From Vampirovibrionaceae bacterium NZW_1234 (GTDB taxonomy: Bacteria > Cyanobacteriota > Vampirovibrionia > Vampirovibrionales > JAGQHJ01): DNA of 64,000 nucleotides. This document shows, one piece after another, positions 1 to 9,424 of this stretch. The translations under genes were made by a program, and so were the position numbers. Numbering within the stretch: the stretch's first letter is position 1; the number at the start of each line of letters is the position of its first letter. Below the pieces are notes generated by a model. That model ran no database searches. It was not told where the DNA came from and saw nothing but the letters and a program-made list of their open reading frames with translations. Location of the stretch: positions 8,029 to 72,028 of the forward strand of contig JBGUGD010000009.1 in the NCBI GenBank assembly GCA_041697335.1, written 5' to 3'.

Positions 1-225
1 GATTGGGTCAGCACTGAGCGGAAGAATATTGTCGAAAAGCTGGTCGGTCAGTACTCGATTAACCGTAGATTCCTGGGTCGTCGTAATGCCCTGTTTTTGG
101 ATATTCAGAATCATGATCATTGGAACGGTCACAATCACCAAAATGGTGAGTTGAATCAAGGTTTCTGCCAGAGAAAACCCCGATTGTCCCAGCCTGGATG
201 TGCTCTTTGAGTGAGTGGAATTCAT
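1..225 (-). CDS. Prepilin-type (type IV pilin/pseudopilin) protein, 5' part only; runs off the window edge
   Basis: Not in the ORF track. Manual translation from ATG at 225 gives MNSTHSKSTSRLGQSG|FSLAETLIQLTILVIVTVPMIMIL..., a class III signal (G|FxxxE plus hydrophobic helix). GAGGA lies upstream and the frame is open to position 1. Confidence 0.85.
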   Translation of the reverse strand, partial: MNSTHSKSTSRLGQSGFSLAETLIQLTILVIVTVPMIMILNIQKQGITTTQESTVNRVLTDQLFDNILPLSADPI

Positions 226-233
226 AACATCCT

Positions 234-2954
234 CTAATCCAATTCTTCGTAGATTTTGTCAGAACCGTTCGCATATCGGTCGGAAACCGGTAACACCGTT
301 GTGCGTTGATACCCTGGAATAATCCCGTAACTGGATCGACTTGTTTTGGAAACACATTGCGGCGTTAAAGCGATTAGTGCTGGCCGGGTCGTCGAAGTAA
401 CTGTAGCAGGAAGATCCATGACGAACATGGTGGACAGGTGTTTAACGTACATCATATTCCCGTCACCCTGGGCGGGTCGGTTGGCAACGTTTAACTGGGA
501 ATTCGGGAGCAGTGGCTGAGGGGCTTGCCCCGGATTGTTCGAGTCCCAGACGTACAACGTGCTAGTTTGTCCTGCCGGTGTGGACTGGAGGCTGATATAA
601 ACCTTGCCGGTATGGTTATCGAAGGCTAACGAACGGGACGAACTTTGATTGACATTCAAGGTATCGGCTACGTTGCCCAGATAGCCTCGAGTCAAATCAA
701 TGCGCAGAACACGGTTAACGGATATTGCCAGAAACTCATTTCGTTTGGCGTTATATCGTAAATCAACAAGACCCCCGGCTGGCCAAATACGAGTGGGTGT
801 AACACCTGTGGCGGGACGGATTTCTTGTACCGTTTTGAACACCCCGGCGAAGGAGGATGTTCCAGCCAGTGAACCCAAGAGATGCTTTTGCTTACGACGA
901 GTTGAGAAGGAACCCTCAACGGAGTTTGCTTGGGGTGAGGCGGAAGAATAACTATATCCCCAAAAGTCTGGATCCCAGCGATAGACATTTTGGCCATCGT
1001 TGTTGCTTGCATCCGCGTTAATGACAATGTAAAAAGCACCATCGGCCTTGTTGTACATAATTTTAACCGCCGAGACATCACTAACTAGGTTGCGCTCGCC
1101 ATCGGTTCTGTTTGGACTCTGAGCAAAAGAGATCAAACGAGCCCAATTGGTTCCTTCATTACTAATACTGATCCCATTAACGAGACCATTGGCTTTTTGA
1201 GCTTTGACCAATTGCCCGGGTGGGATTTTGCCGCTGTTGTTCTGCCGGGGAGGCGACCAACTGCCTTGACCGCTGGAACCGTAAAGCCCAAATGGATCAC
1301 TGCTGCCACCTGAAGAACCGGTGCTTCCCGTACTGCCTCCAGAAGCACCAGTACCCAATAATCCTTCCGGATTAAGATTTGTCCGAAGGGCTTCATTCCG
1401 AGTATTGATAAAGATATTTTCTGTGTTAAAAGCTATTACCGAAACAGCTGTACGGACATTGGCACCGTTTCGAATATTGTGCTGTAATGGGAATAGGACA
1501 AATTTGCCGTCATCAGAGACCACGAGTTTACCGAAACGTATGGTGTTGGAGTCGGTGCGACTAAAGTTCGAGTTGGGGTTACCCGTACGAATAGGGGAGT
1601 TCGTAATTTTATTGTCCGTATCCAGTAAGGGAGCCCCTGGCACGCTATTCAAAGTGGCTGGATAGATAGCCGGTGGGGATGATGTCGTGTTTAACAAGAG
1701 CGGGAATTGAACAGGTAAAACGGCTACTTCTCGACGAAAGGGAGTGGTCGTTTGGTTAACGGTATAGGCTAGTAAGCGGCCCGGGTTGGCAGATGCATTG
1801 GAGAAAAAGGTGTAACTATCAATATTACTGTCCACAATTTGGGTTTGCGGTGTCGAGGCGAAAATGCCTTCGTCGTAAATGCGAGTGAGGTCCCAGCGTG
1901 CCCATGTGTAAATGAGTTGACCACTGGCATTGCGGTAAAAGATAAGGCTATAGGTGCCGGATTGACCGACACGAGGTGGAAGGGTTTCAATATAGATGGG
2001 GTTTTCAATTTGAGGATTCGAGGTAGAGTAATTAGGCAGCAATACATCTCTGCTCAGGGTTCGGTTACCATCCCAGCCGACTGTGAGCTGAAGTCGCCAT
2101 TGTGCTGTGGCAGCCAATGCAGGTGTTCTGTAGGCGACAAAGATGTTTGACGTATAGTCGGAATTGATGTTGGCCTGTTGCAGGCCGAACTTGTTTGAAC
2201 CGGACAACAGGTAAAGACCGCGTTGGCGGAAGCTGCAGGACACAGGATCTGTTTGTGTACGCGAAGGAATTGTGCAGACAAATTGGTCACCGACTTGAAA
2301 AAAAGGTCCGGAGGTCAGGCCAATGTTAAAATTGCCATTTTCGCCGAAAAAGTTAGGAATAGTTAAGCGCGTCAGTGGGCCAAGATTGTTTGTGTTACAC
2401 CGATCAATAGCAAGTGAGATGGTTTTTGCTCGAGATAAGGTTCCGGTTAAACCGTAGGGACCAGACTCTACAACGGCCTTAATTGTATTTTGGTAGGGCG
2501 CTTCGTTGTAATGGTAGAGCGAATAATTATTGTTATTGTCCCTGTGGAGTTTGGAGCGAACAACAAGGGTGTTGCCGCTGGATAGACGAATGGTTTCGGT
2601 AAATTCTCTCAAGTTAGCGGGGAGCTGATTAAAGGCCGTTTGAGTCAGTTGCCGGTAATTGGGCATATTGTCATTTGGGTTGTTATACAGGGAAGACCAG
2701 TTACTTCTGGCGAATAACTGCTGATTGTTCTGGAGATAGTTGTCTAGCTCGAGCAGGTGGTGGTCCATAACTCGCTCAATTTCTTGAGAAGTATCTCTGG
2801 ACAAGAGTGTGGTTTCATTGATTGGCGCCAACATGACGGATGTTAGACTTAAGGCAATGCTGACAATGGACATGGCACCCAGAAGCAAGGTAGTCGAGTT
2901 TCCCCGTGCTTTGGAGCGGGGTCGCTTATTTTCAATGGATCGAAGCAAGCGCAT
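234..2954 (-). CDS. Large PilX-like/pilus-associated protein with N-terminal hydrophobic helix and probable beta-propeller
   Basis: 906 aa. Basic leader ending KARG, then a hydrophobic helix lacking Glu5 (PilX/GspK-like). Asn/Ser/Thr-rich beta-strand body with a Gly/Ser linker. Lies between two prepilin genes. Confidence 0.55.
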   Translation of the reverse strand: MRLLRSIENKRPRSKARGNSTTLLLGAMSIVSIALSLTSVMLAPINETTLLSRDTSQEIERVMDHHLLELDNYLQNNQQLFARSNWSSLYNNPNDNMPNYRQLTQTAFNQLPANLREFTETIRLSSGNTLVVRSKLHRDNNNNYSLYHYNEAPYQNTIKAVVESGPYGLTGTLSRAKTISLAIDRCNTNNLGPLTRLTIPNFFGENGNFNIGLTSGPFFQVGDQFVCTIPSRTQTDPVSCSFRQRGLYLLSGSNKFGLQQANINSDYTSNIFVAYRTPALAATAQWRLQLTVGWDGNRTLSRDVLLPNYSTSNPQIENPIYIETLPPRVGQSGTYSLIFYRNASGQLIYTWARWDLTRIYDEGIFASTPQTQIVDSNIDSYTFFSNASANPGRLLAYTVNQTTTPFRREVAVLPVQFPLLLNTTSSPPAIYPATLNSVPGAPLLDTDNKITNSPIRTGNPNSNFSRTDSNTIRFGKLVVSDDGKFVLFPLQHNIRNGANVRTAVSVIAFNTENIFINTRNEALRTNLNPEGLLGTGASGGSTGSTGSSGGSSDPFGLYGSSGQGSWSPPRQNNSGKIPPGQLVKAQKANGLVNGISISNEGTNWARLISFAQSPNRTDGERNLVSDVSAVKIMYNKADGAFYIVINADASNNDGQNVYRWDPDFWGYSYSSASPQANSVEGSFSTRRKQKHLLGSLAGTSSFAGVFKTVQEIRPATGVTPTRIWPAGGLVDLRYNAKRNEFLAISVNRVLRIDLTRGYLGNVADTLNVNQSSSRSLAFDNHTGKVYISLQSTPAGQTSTLYVWDSNNPGQAPQPLLPNSQLNVANRPAQGDGNMMYVKHLSTMFVMDLPATVTSTTRPALIALTPQCVSKTSRSSYGIIPGYQRTTVLPVSDRYANGSDKIYEELD

Positions 2955-2978
2955 AAATGACCTCTCTGTCCGTAGGGC

Positions 2979-4910
2979 TTATTGCCGGTAAACAATGGTG
3001 AGGCGACGACTAGGAAGTAATTGGTAGTAGAAGAAATTGGTATTTCCTGAATCGTTCTCTGTAGTGGTAATGAACGGAATATTGTTTAAGGGATCAAATG
3101 CAACGCCAATGGCGCTTTGAGACTGAGGGGCCAGGTCGGCTTTGGATAGAATTGGTGCAACAGGCCCGTTTAGTGGTGCATGGATATTGGACACGGCTAA
3201 CACACGCTCATTGGCATTGGTACCAGTTTGAACATCTAAGCTGAGAAGTGTAGCGGTGGCGTTCGTCGAGACTGAAGAACCCAGTACCGTCAAATAACGT
3301 TGGTGCAGAGAGTCGTACTCTAGCCCAACAACACCGTTGGTATTCCAAGCTGCGGTAAAGTCTCCTGCAATGGCCGGGTCGTTCAGTTTTGCCGATTGCG
3401 CTGAATAAACCACTCGTGTGGGATCGTCCTCGTTCTGATCTTTAGGATAGACACGAATATGAAAATCCCCATTGGTTCGCTTGATGAGGGCGCAAATTTC
3501 GTTCGGAGTAGCAGAATTAAATGCGATACCGGCCACCTCCGAGACGTCGTTGGCTGTGATGTTAAAACGGGAAAGGAATTGACCTTCAGGTGAAAACCGT
3601 TGGATCCAGAAAAAATGGGTGGGATTAGCAGCTTGTGCTTGGGCGGGTGGACATAGAAAACCGAGGAGCCGACTCAAAATAGAATGGTCAGAAAAGGTAT
3701 GAGATTGTGCCAGCCGGGATGACGATGATGGAGAGTATTGGCTAAGCATGGTTAAATTTGTTTTCCCGAGTACATAGATATTGTCATCACTGTCCTGGGT
3801 AACGCTCAGAAATTCGGCTTCGCCAAAGGGCAGTGCACCCGGATCGTCGTTGTGTAATACCACGGGGAAATTATGAGTGATGGTTCCGCCTTGGGGAATG
3901 TTGATGTCATAGGAAACATAACTGGCAAGTCCGGGATGGAATTTGAAGATATAGTATCCACGCTCAGTTGGCGTAACGTTAGTATCAGAGTTACTGACAG
4001 CCAGGAGTTCACCGGTTCGGTAATTGTAATGAATGTCTTTCGGGCTCAATCGGATGGCAGTGGCCAACTCGGCTGCAGATTCCACAGGCACGCGATAATT
4101 CCCTATCATTGGGTCATTCTTTATTTTCTCAGCAATCCAGGCCTCCTGGGCATTCCAACGGCCTAAATGGGCAGAAAATGGAAAGAACTGGGATTCTTCC
4201 ATGAAGCGATCCGGATTGGGGCTCATACTGGCTAGCTTGAAGAAAAGCGGAGATATGGTGACGGTGGCATTTCGATAGCGTAGTAAAAGGCCTAACGGGG
4301 TTTCCCGGGTACCGGATTGAAGACGGATACTGTCCGCTTTTTCGGGTGGAATGGGGTTTGCAGATGTTCCGCAATTGTTCTGGTGGCAGTAGACAAAGAT
4401 GGGTGGCGTATTGCTTAGCCCTGAAATGGCATAGTTCACTTTATTGAGAATTTTAGACGCTGGTTTCCAGTTTTGGCTGTTACTGGCAAAGTCAGATAAA
4501 CGGGCGTTGGCTGGAATGATTGCCTTCAGAAGCTCCCATTTGCCAGACCCTGCTTCAATTTCTCGGAGTTGATACCCGACTCGAACTTCTTGATTGTTGG
4601 AGGGATTCCAGTAGGCCATGAATGTAAAACGCTCAATAGGCATGTCTTCGCCCAGGATGGCAGCATAGATATTAAACGGGAAGAAGCGATGTGCCAGATT
4701 AATATCTGTATGGAATTCCCGGAAGAAATTATCGCTTTCAAACTGTAACATCCCACTGTTTTTCAGCTCTTCTGTCTGATCGACAGCTTTAATGGGCAAC
4801 ATGATTAAGGGGAAAACAATGATGGAAAAAATAGCGAGACTGGTTAGCATTTCAACAAGTGAAACACCTGTCCGATGCGATTTGAAGATAAGGGAAGATG
4901 AGGCTTTCAT
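2979..4910 (-). CDS. Large prepilin-type N-terminal methylation domain protein
   Basis: From ATG 4910: MKASSSLIFKSHRTG|VSLVEMLTSLAIFSIIVFPLIML, a class III signal peptide. The C-terminal half has propeller-like repeats (GIAFN, GLEYD, GVAFD). Confidence 0.8.
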   Translation of the reverse strand: MKASSSLIFKSHRTGVSLVEMLTSLAIFSIIVFPLIMLPIKAVDQTEELKNSGMLQFESDNFFREFHTDINLAHRFFPFNIYAAILGEDMPIERFTFMAYWNPSNNQEVRVGYQLREIEAGSGKWELLKAIIPANARLSDFASNSQNWKPASKILNKVNYAISGLSNTPPIFVYCHQNNCGTSANPIPPEKADSIRLQSGTRETPLGLLLRYRNATVTISPLFFKLASMSPNPDRFMEESQFFPFSAHLGRWNAQEAWIAEKIKNDPMIGNYRVPVESAAELATAIRLSPKDIHYNYRTGELLAVSNSDTNVTPTERGYYIFKFHPGLASYVSYDINIPQGGTITHNFPVVLHNDDPGALPFGEAEFLSVTQDSDDNIYVLGKTNLTMLSQYSPSSSSRLAQSHTFSDHSILSRLLGFLCPPAQAQAANPTHFFWIQRFSPEGQFLSRFNITANDVSEVAGIAFNSATPNEICALIKRTNGDFHIRVYPKDQNEDDPTRVVYSAQSAKLNDPAIAGDFTAAWNTNGVVGLEYDSLHQRYLTVLGSSVSTNATATLLSLDVQTGTNANERVLAVSNIHAPLNGPVAPILSKADLAPQSQSAIGVAFDPLNNIPFITTTENDSGNTNFFYYQLLPSRRLTIVYRQ

Positions 4911-5277
4911 GGCCACCGAGACTCTGTTGCTGCCGTCCACACGAAACCAGGATCCACAGACCAGTATCGGCATCAATGGGAGGGTTCTGCAATATCGACA
5001 TAGGATCTTTATAAATGTTTACAGATAAGCCCTGGCTTGCCAACCATCGTTTGTAGGACATGATGTCGGTTTAAATCGGACGTCTTTCCTCAAGCGCAAC
5101 GTCTGGTTAATTTTTAAACATCCATTGCGTCACGTGATAAGGTTATCGTTAAAAATTCTGGCAACTTATTACACCATCAGCCATGGTGACCAGAATTCAG
5201 GAATATTTGCCACGCCAAGATTAAAAAAATCGCTTACAATGGTGTGCAAGTGTTGATGATGGTAAGAGGTCACCGCA

Positions 5278-5751
5278 ATGAATGCCTTAATGTCGAGTAT
5301 GAACTGTGTGAGTAAAGCCGTTGGGCCGTGGGCTCCTCTTGCGATTCGGTTGACCCTCGGAATAGTTTTTATGGCACATGGGGCAGATAAGCTCTTCGGG
5401 ACTTTTGGGGGCGGAGGACTGGAAGCAACAGCCTCTCAATTTGAGCAGCTAGGGCTTCAGCCAGCTAATGTGATGGCATTTATGGCGGGGGCTTCTGAGC
5501 TTGGAGGTGGCTTGCTCGTCTTCTTAGGACTTATGACTCGTCTTGGTGCGCTTATGATTGCAGGGACTATGGTTGTCGCGATTCTGACGGTTCATGGCAG
5601 TAATGGTTTATTTGCCCGTGACAATGGCTTTGAATATCCATTGATAGCACTCGGAGCCGCCTTGACCTTGATGCTTTCCGGTGGCGGTATGATGTCCCTG
5701 GATTGCTTGTTTACTCGGGCCTGCTGCAAGCAATCCGATTGCGGACAATAA
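5278..5751 (+). CDS. DoxX family membrane protein
   Basis: LAIRLTLGIVFMAHGADKLFG, ELGGGLLVFLGLMTR and NGFEYPL motifs; about 4 TM segments. Confidence 0.9.
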   Translation: MNALMSSMNCVSKAVGPWAPLAIRLTLGIVFMAHGADKLFGTFGGGGLEATASQFEQLGLQPANVMAFMAGASELGGGLLVFLGLMTRLGALMIAGTMVVAILTVHGSNGLFARDNGFEYPLIALGAALTLMLSGGGMMSLDCLFTRACCKQSDCGQ

Positions 5752-5772
5752 GTTGGTAGTTAAGAAAATAGA

Positions 5773-6113
5773 GCGGAGCTGTCCATAAGCCGGGTTCTGT
5801 TCTGGGCGATCATCTATCTGGGCCCTTGGTTGCCCAAAGGGCTCAAGCGACTTGGCGGGAACGGACGAGCCGCCCTTTCTGTTCCCTTGTCTTGCACCGG
5901 TCGGGGTTTACCTGGCCAGGACCTTCCGATCCTGCCGGTGGTCTCTTACACCACCGTTGCACCCTTGCCTGGTTACCCAGGCGGTCTTCATTTCTGTGGC
6001 ACTATCCTCGGGATCGCTCCCACCGGGCCTTTACCCGGCGACCTGCCCTATGGTGCCCGGACTTTCCTCAGCCGATTCCGAAGAATCCGCCGCGATCGCC
6101 TGTCCAGCTCCGC
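5773..6113 (-). ncRNA. rnpB: RNase P RNA (bacterial class A)
   Basis: Minus strand has GAGGAAAGTCCGGGC near the 5' end and ACAGAACCCGGCTTA near the 3' end. Termini GCGGAGCTG/CAGCTCCGC form P1. About 340 nt. Confidence 0.97.
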
Positions 6114-6545
6114 AAGTCACCATTGTGCCACAGGGAAGTTCTAAAAGCGAGGCCGAGAAAATTTGTATCATTATGCCGATGAAATGATAGATTGCTGTAC
6201 TGGAGTTCAGAGCAATATTATGAGGAGGATGTAAAATGGGCTATTACGAGTAAAGCCAGGAACTCTTCTGGTATTAATAGTATTTTGATGCCCAAAGTTG
6301 ATACTCTCCCACAAGAATCAACTTTCTTCGGACTAGCCTTTCTCGTATTCCAAAAACGTTGAGATTGACTGCCATGTTTGGGCTTCGATTGTTTTAAAGT
6401 GGTTAATGGGGTCGACTGGGCCCAATAAAAGCCTGAGAACAGAGCAGACAGCGAAAAGATTATGGTAAATTAAATACCATTATTTTGCTCTTTGGAGGCT
6501 CCTGTGTTTGAAAATGAGTTAATTTTGAACCGAGTGGGAGAGCTC

Positions 6546-7283
6546 TTATTCCCTAATAGCAATAAATATGTCAGGGCAGCCGCTAATACGATACCCTCGC
6601 TCCAATAACGTGGTAATAATCTGTGTTGCTGCCTCAAAGCCAATCATTCCCCAGTGAAGCTCCAGAATGATTTTATTTACATCAAGCTGGAAATCCTGAA
6701 ATAATTCTACCTCTCCCCCTTCTATGTCGCAGATGAGCAATGTCGTCTGATGTTCTTTGATAAGTGAGTCCAGGTTCACAGTTGGTATCTGAACCTGTTC
6801 CACTAATTGTAAATCATGTTCTAAATGTAATTCTAATAAACTTGATACCCAGAAGTCCTTATAAATATTAAATGTCATTGGCTCACTTTTGATGGATGCA
6901 ATGCCATTAATAATTCTGAGATTAGAGTATTGCTTGGTATTTTGTTTTATGAGTTCGCAGAACTTTGGAGATGCTTCTATTGCAATATGCTGTTGATTGC
7001 TTTGCTTGCAGTATTCATTCGCTAAGAAACCAATACCAGAGCCAAGTTCCACAACTTTATCAGCTGGAGAAATGTGTTTCAAAAGTAGTTCTCTCTCACT
7101 AGCTTCATAGTTCCCATTCATCAGCGTACGAAATATTGGCTTCGAAATGTGTGACGATGGTAGATAAAGTTTCCCAACCGCTGTTGAAAAAATCGATTTA
7201 AAGCAAAATCGTCTGAGCAGTTCGCACCAGACAGCCCCAATATTTAGATATATTTTGATAAATAAATGAAAATAATAATTCAT
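6546..7283 (-). CDS. FkbM family SAM-dependent methyltransferase
   Basis: VVELGSGIG SAM motif, IEASP, and LLICDIEGGE...IILELH FkbM motifs. AT-rich relative to neighbours; start uncertain. Confidence 0.85.
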   Translation of the reverse strand: MNYYFHLFIKIYLNIGAVWCELLRRFCFKSIFSTAVGKLYLPSSHISKPIFRTLMNGNYEASERELLLKHISPADKVVELGSGIGFLANEYCKQSNQQHIAIEASPKFCELIKQNTKQYSNLRIINGIASIKSEPMTFNIYKDFWVSSLLELHLEHDLQLVEQVQIPTVNLDSLIKEHQTTLLICDIEGGEVELFQDFQLDVNKIILELHWGMIGFEAATQIITTLLERGYRISGCPDIFIAIRE

Positions 7284-7569
7284 TCTGGAGTTAAACAACG
7301 TCCATGCATGTCATTACTATTATTTATTCTGGCTTTTTGATAACCCAGGTTAAAACATCGAAATAGATGATGTTGATTTCAAAGTTTAGAGAATTACTTT
7401 CACTGGTGTTAGATCTTTAAGTCTTTCTTAAGGCGGGCAATTTTGGGTGATCTGATGTTTTTTTTATCATAGAGAGAAGTGACACAACCAAAACCAAGCC
7501 AGAAAAATAAGAGAAGCAAGAAAGAGAGCGAAATTAAGAGAGAAGAAAGCGAGAGAAGCGAAAGTCCCC

Positions 7570-7743
7570 ATGTCTGTGAATGTGTTTGCGAATCAAAATG
7601 CCAATCAGGCCGCAGTGTTTTCCATGCAACCCAAGAAGTTGCCCAGCCCAGATCTCACTCGCCTGCCTGAGATGAACCCGTTTGCTCAATCTATCGTCAG
7701 TGATCGGTTTGAGATGAGTTCAAATCTGGTGTTCAAGTCATAG
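7570..7743 (+). CDS. Small hypothetical protein (57 aa)
   Basis: Manual translation MSVNVFANQNANQAAVFSMQPKKLPSPDLTRLPEMNPFAQSIVSDRFEMSSNLVFKS*. Preceded by a purine-rich leader and followed by a terminator. Confidence 0.6.
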   Translation: MSVNVFANQNANQAAVFSMQPKKLPSPDLTRLPEMNPFAQSIVSDRFEMSSNLVFKS

Positions 7744-7826
7744 ATTTCCCCCGTTTCCTATCCTTCCCCCAACCATCCCCCAGTCCCTCCCCCTAGTTCA
7801 TCTACCTGACATCTCGAATGACGACT

Positions 7827-7861
7827 CAAGCACCCCGTCGCCAACGGGGTGCTTGCTGTTT
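7827..7861 (+). terminator. Intrinsic terminator
   Basis: 12-bp stem CAAGCACCCCGT/ACGGGGTGCTTG followed by CTGTTT. Confidence 0.7.
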
Positions 7862-7952
7862 GCCAAGGAGGGCGACCTCAGGGCTGACAATTTTCCCAGT
7901 TTTGGGCATACTGGAAGAACGACTGATTGGGCAATTGATTTTGCGGAGATCT

Positions 7953-9083
7953 ATGGGTTTTCAGTTTACATTGCAGGCAACGGATGGTCAGGCTCGTGCA
8001 GGGCAGTTTATAACCCCGCATGGGGCGATTGAGACGCCCGTGTTCATGCCAGTAGGAACACATTCGACGGTTAAAACCATTACGATGCAGCACTTGCGGG
8101 ACATGAATGCCCAAATTATCTTGTCCAACGCGTATCATCTCTATCTGCGTCCAGGTCATGAGCTGATTAGGAAAGCTGGAGGCCTGCATGGCTGGGGTGG
8201 TTGGCATAAACCGATTTTGACGGATTCCGGCGGATTTCAGGTGTTCAGCCTGGGTAAGTTTCGGAAAATAACCGACGACGGTGTGACCTTTAGAGATCCT
8301 ATTACCGGCCGGACACACTATATCAATCCCGAAATCTCCATGGAGATCCAGAATGCCCTGGGGGCTGACATTATTATGGCCTTCGATGAGTGTCCGCCTT
8401 ACCCCTCAACCCATGAGTATGCCAAAAAGTCGATGGATATGACCCATGCCTGGCTGGAACGATGCTTTGCAGCTCACCAGCGCAAAGACGAGCAAGCGTT
8501 ATTTCCCATTGTTCAAGGCTCGACCTTTGAGGATCTCCGATCCGCAAGTGCTGAGTTTGTGACCCAGTTTGATGCTCATGGATTTGCTATTGGCGGTGTC
8601 AGTGTAGGGGAATCCAAGGATTGGGTGGATAAGGTTGTTGAGTTTACGGCTCCACTGCTCCCTGTTGATAAGCCCCGATATTTAATGGGGGTCGGGACAC
8701 CGGAAGATCTCCTGGACTCCATTGCTCGCGGCATTGATATGTTTGATTGTGTGAATCCCACCCGAGTTGCTCGCCATGGTGCCTTCTTTAGAAGCACTGG
8801 GCGTCGGAACATTAAAAACGCCGAGTTTGAAGAAAATTTTGGTCCACTGGAAGAGGGTTGCCAGTGTTACACCTGTCAGCATCATCACATTGCCTATGTC
8901 CGTCATCTTATGAAGATTAAAGAAGCAAGTGGGGCGACACTTTTATCCATTCACAATATTCATTTTCTGATTGATCTGGTGGTTCAAGCGCGTCAGGCAA
9001 TTCTCGCCGGAACCTTCCATTCGTTTTACAATACCTATAGAGCCCGCCTGGAAATGCAACGCGAGGTAACGTTGGTTGAGTAG
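7953..9083 (+). CDS. tgt: tRNA-guanine transglycosylase
   Basis: TPVFMPVGT, LTDSGGFQVFSL, DECPP, PRYLMGVG, DMFDCV and the CxCxxC Zn site. ATG 7953 follows GGAG. Confidence 0.97.
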   Translation: MGFQFTLQATDGQARAGQFITPHGAIETPVFMPVGTHSTVKTITMQHLRDMNAQIILSNAYHLYLRPGHELIRKAGGLHGWGGWHKPILTDSGGFQVFSLGKFRKITDDGVTFRDPITGRTHYINPEISMEIQNALGADIIMAFDECPPYPSTHEYAKKSMDMTHAWLERCFAAHQRKDEQALFPIVQGSTFEDLRSASAEFVTQFDAHGFAIGGVSVGESKDWVDKVVEFTAPLLPVDKPRYLMGVGTPEDLLDSIARGIDMFDCVNPTRVARHGAFFRSTGRRNIKNAEFEENFGPLEEGCQCYTCQHHHIAYVRHLMKIKEASGATLLSIHNIHFLIDLVVQARQAILAGTFHSFYNTYRARLEMQREVTLVE

Positions 9084-9297
9084 TAGGCAGATTGGTCAGG
9101 AGCGCCGTCGTCGAGAGGGAGACCGCCGCAAATCCCCCCGTCCTGGGAAATTTGAACGGCGTAAGAATACCTGTGGCCATTGTGTTTTCTTTAAGCCGAA
9201 AACAACTGAAGTTGGTTTGTGCACAAAGCATATGACCGATATTCGAGCCGATGAGTATGCTTGTGTCTGGTTTGCAGCACGCCCGGTTGAAGAATAG
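9076..9297 (+). CDS. Small Arg-rich, 4-Cys metal-binding protein
   Basis: ERRRREGDRR...ERR N-terminus followed by CxxC-x12-C-x13-CxxF. Overlaps the tgt stop; TTG start after GAGG. Confidence 0.6.
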   Translation: MSSRQIGQERRRREGDRRKSPRPGKFERRKNTCGHCVFFKPKTTEVGLCTKHMTDIRADEYACVWFAARPVEE

Positions 9298-9424
9298 ACG
9301 CTTTACTCCCAGGTTTTCGATTCTGTTACAGCGTGTAAAGTTTTCAACCGGTCGTTGGATATTTGCTCTCGATTGTCCGAACCCATGGTGAAATCCGTTG
9401 TTTAGATGAGCGAGGACAACACAC

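Noticed and set aside
5826-6187. Three overlapping + strand ORFs
   Set aside because: They are antisense to the RNase P RNA, where GC-rich structured RNA gives spurious open frames.
6222-6253. Strong RBS GAGGAGG with ATG
   Set aside because: It opens only a 5-codon ORF (MGYYE*), so a gene cannot be supported.
7479-7670. 63-aa Lys/Glu/Cys-rich ORF from the track
   Set aside because: It is the translation of the purine-rich leader. The overlapping ATG frame 7570-7743 fits the leader and terminator better.
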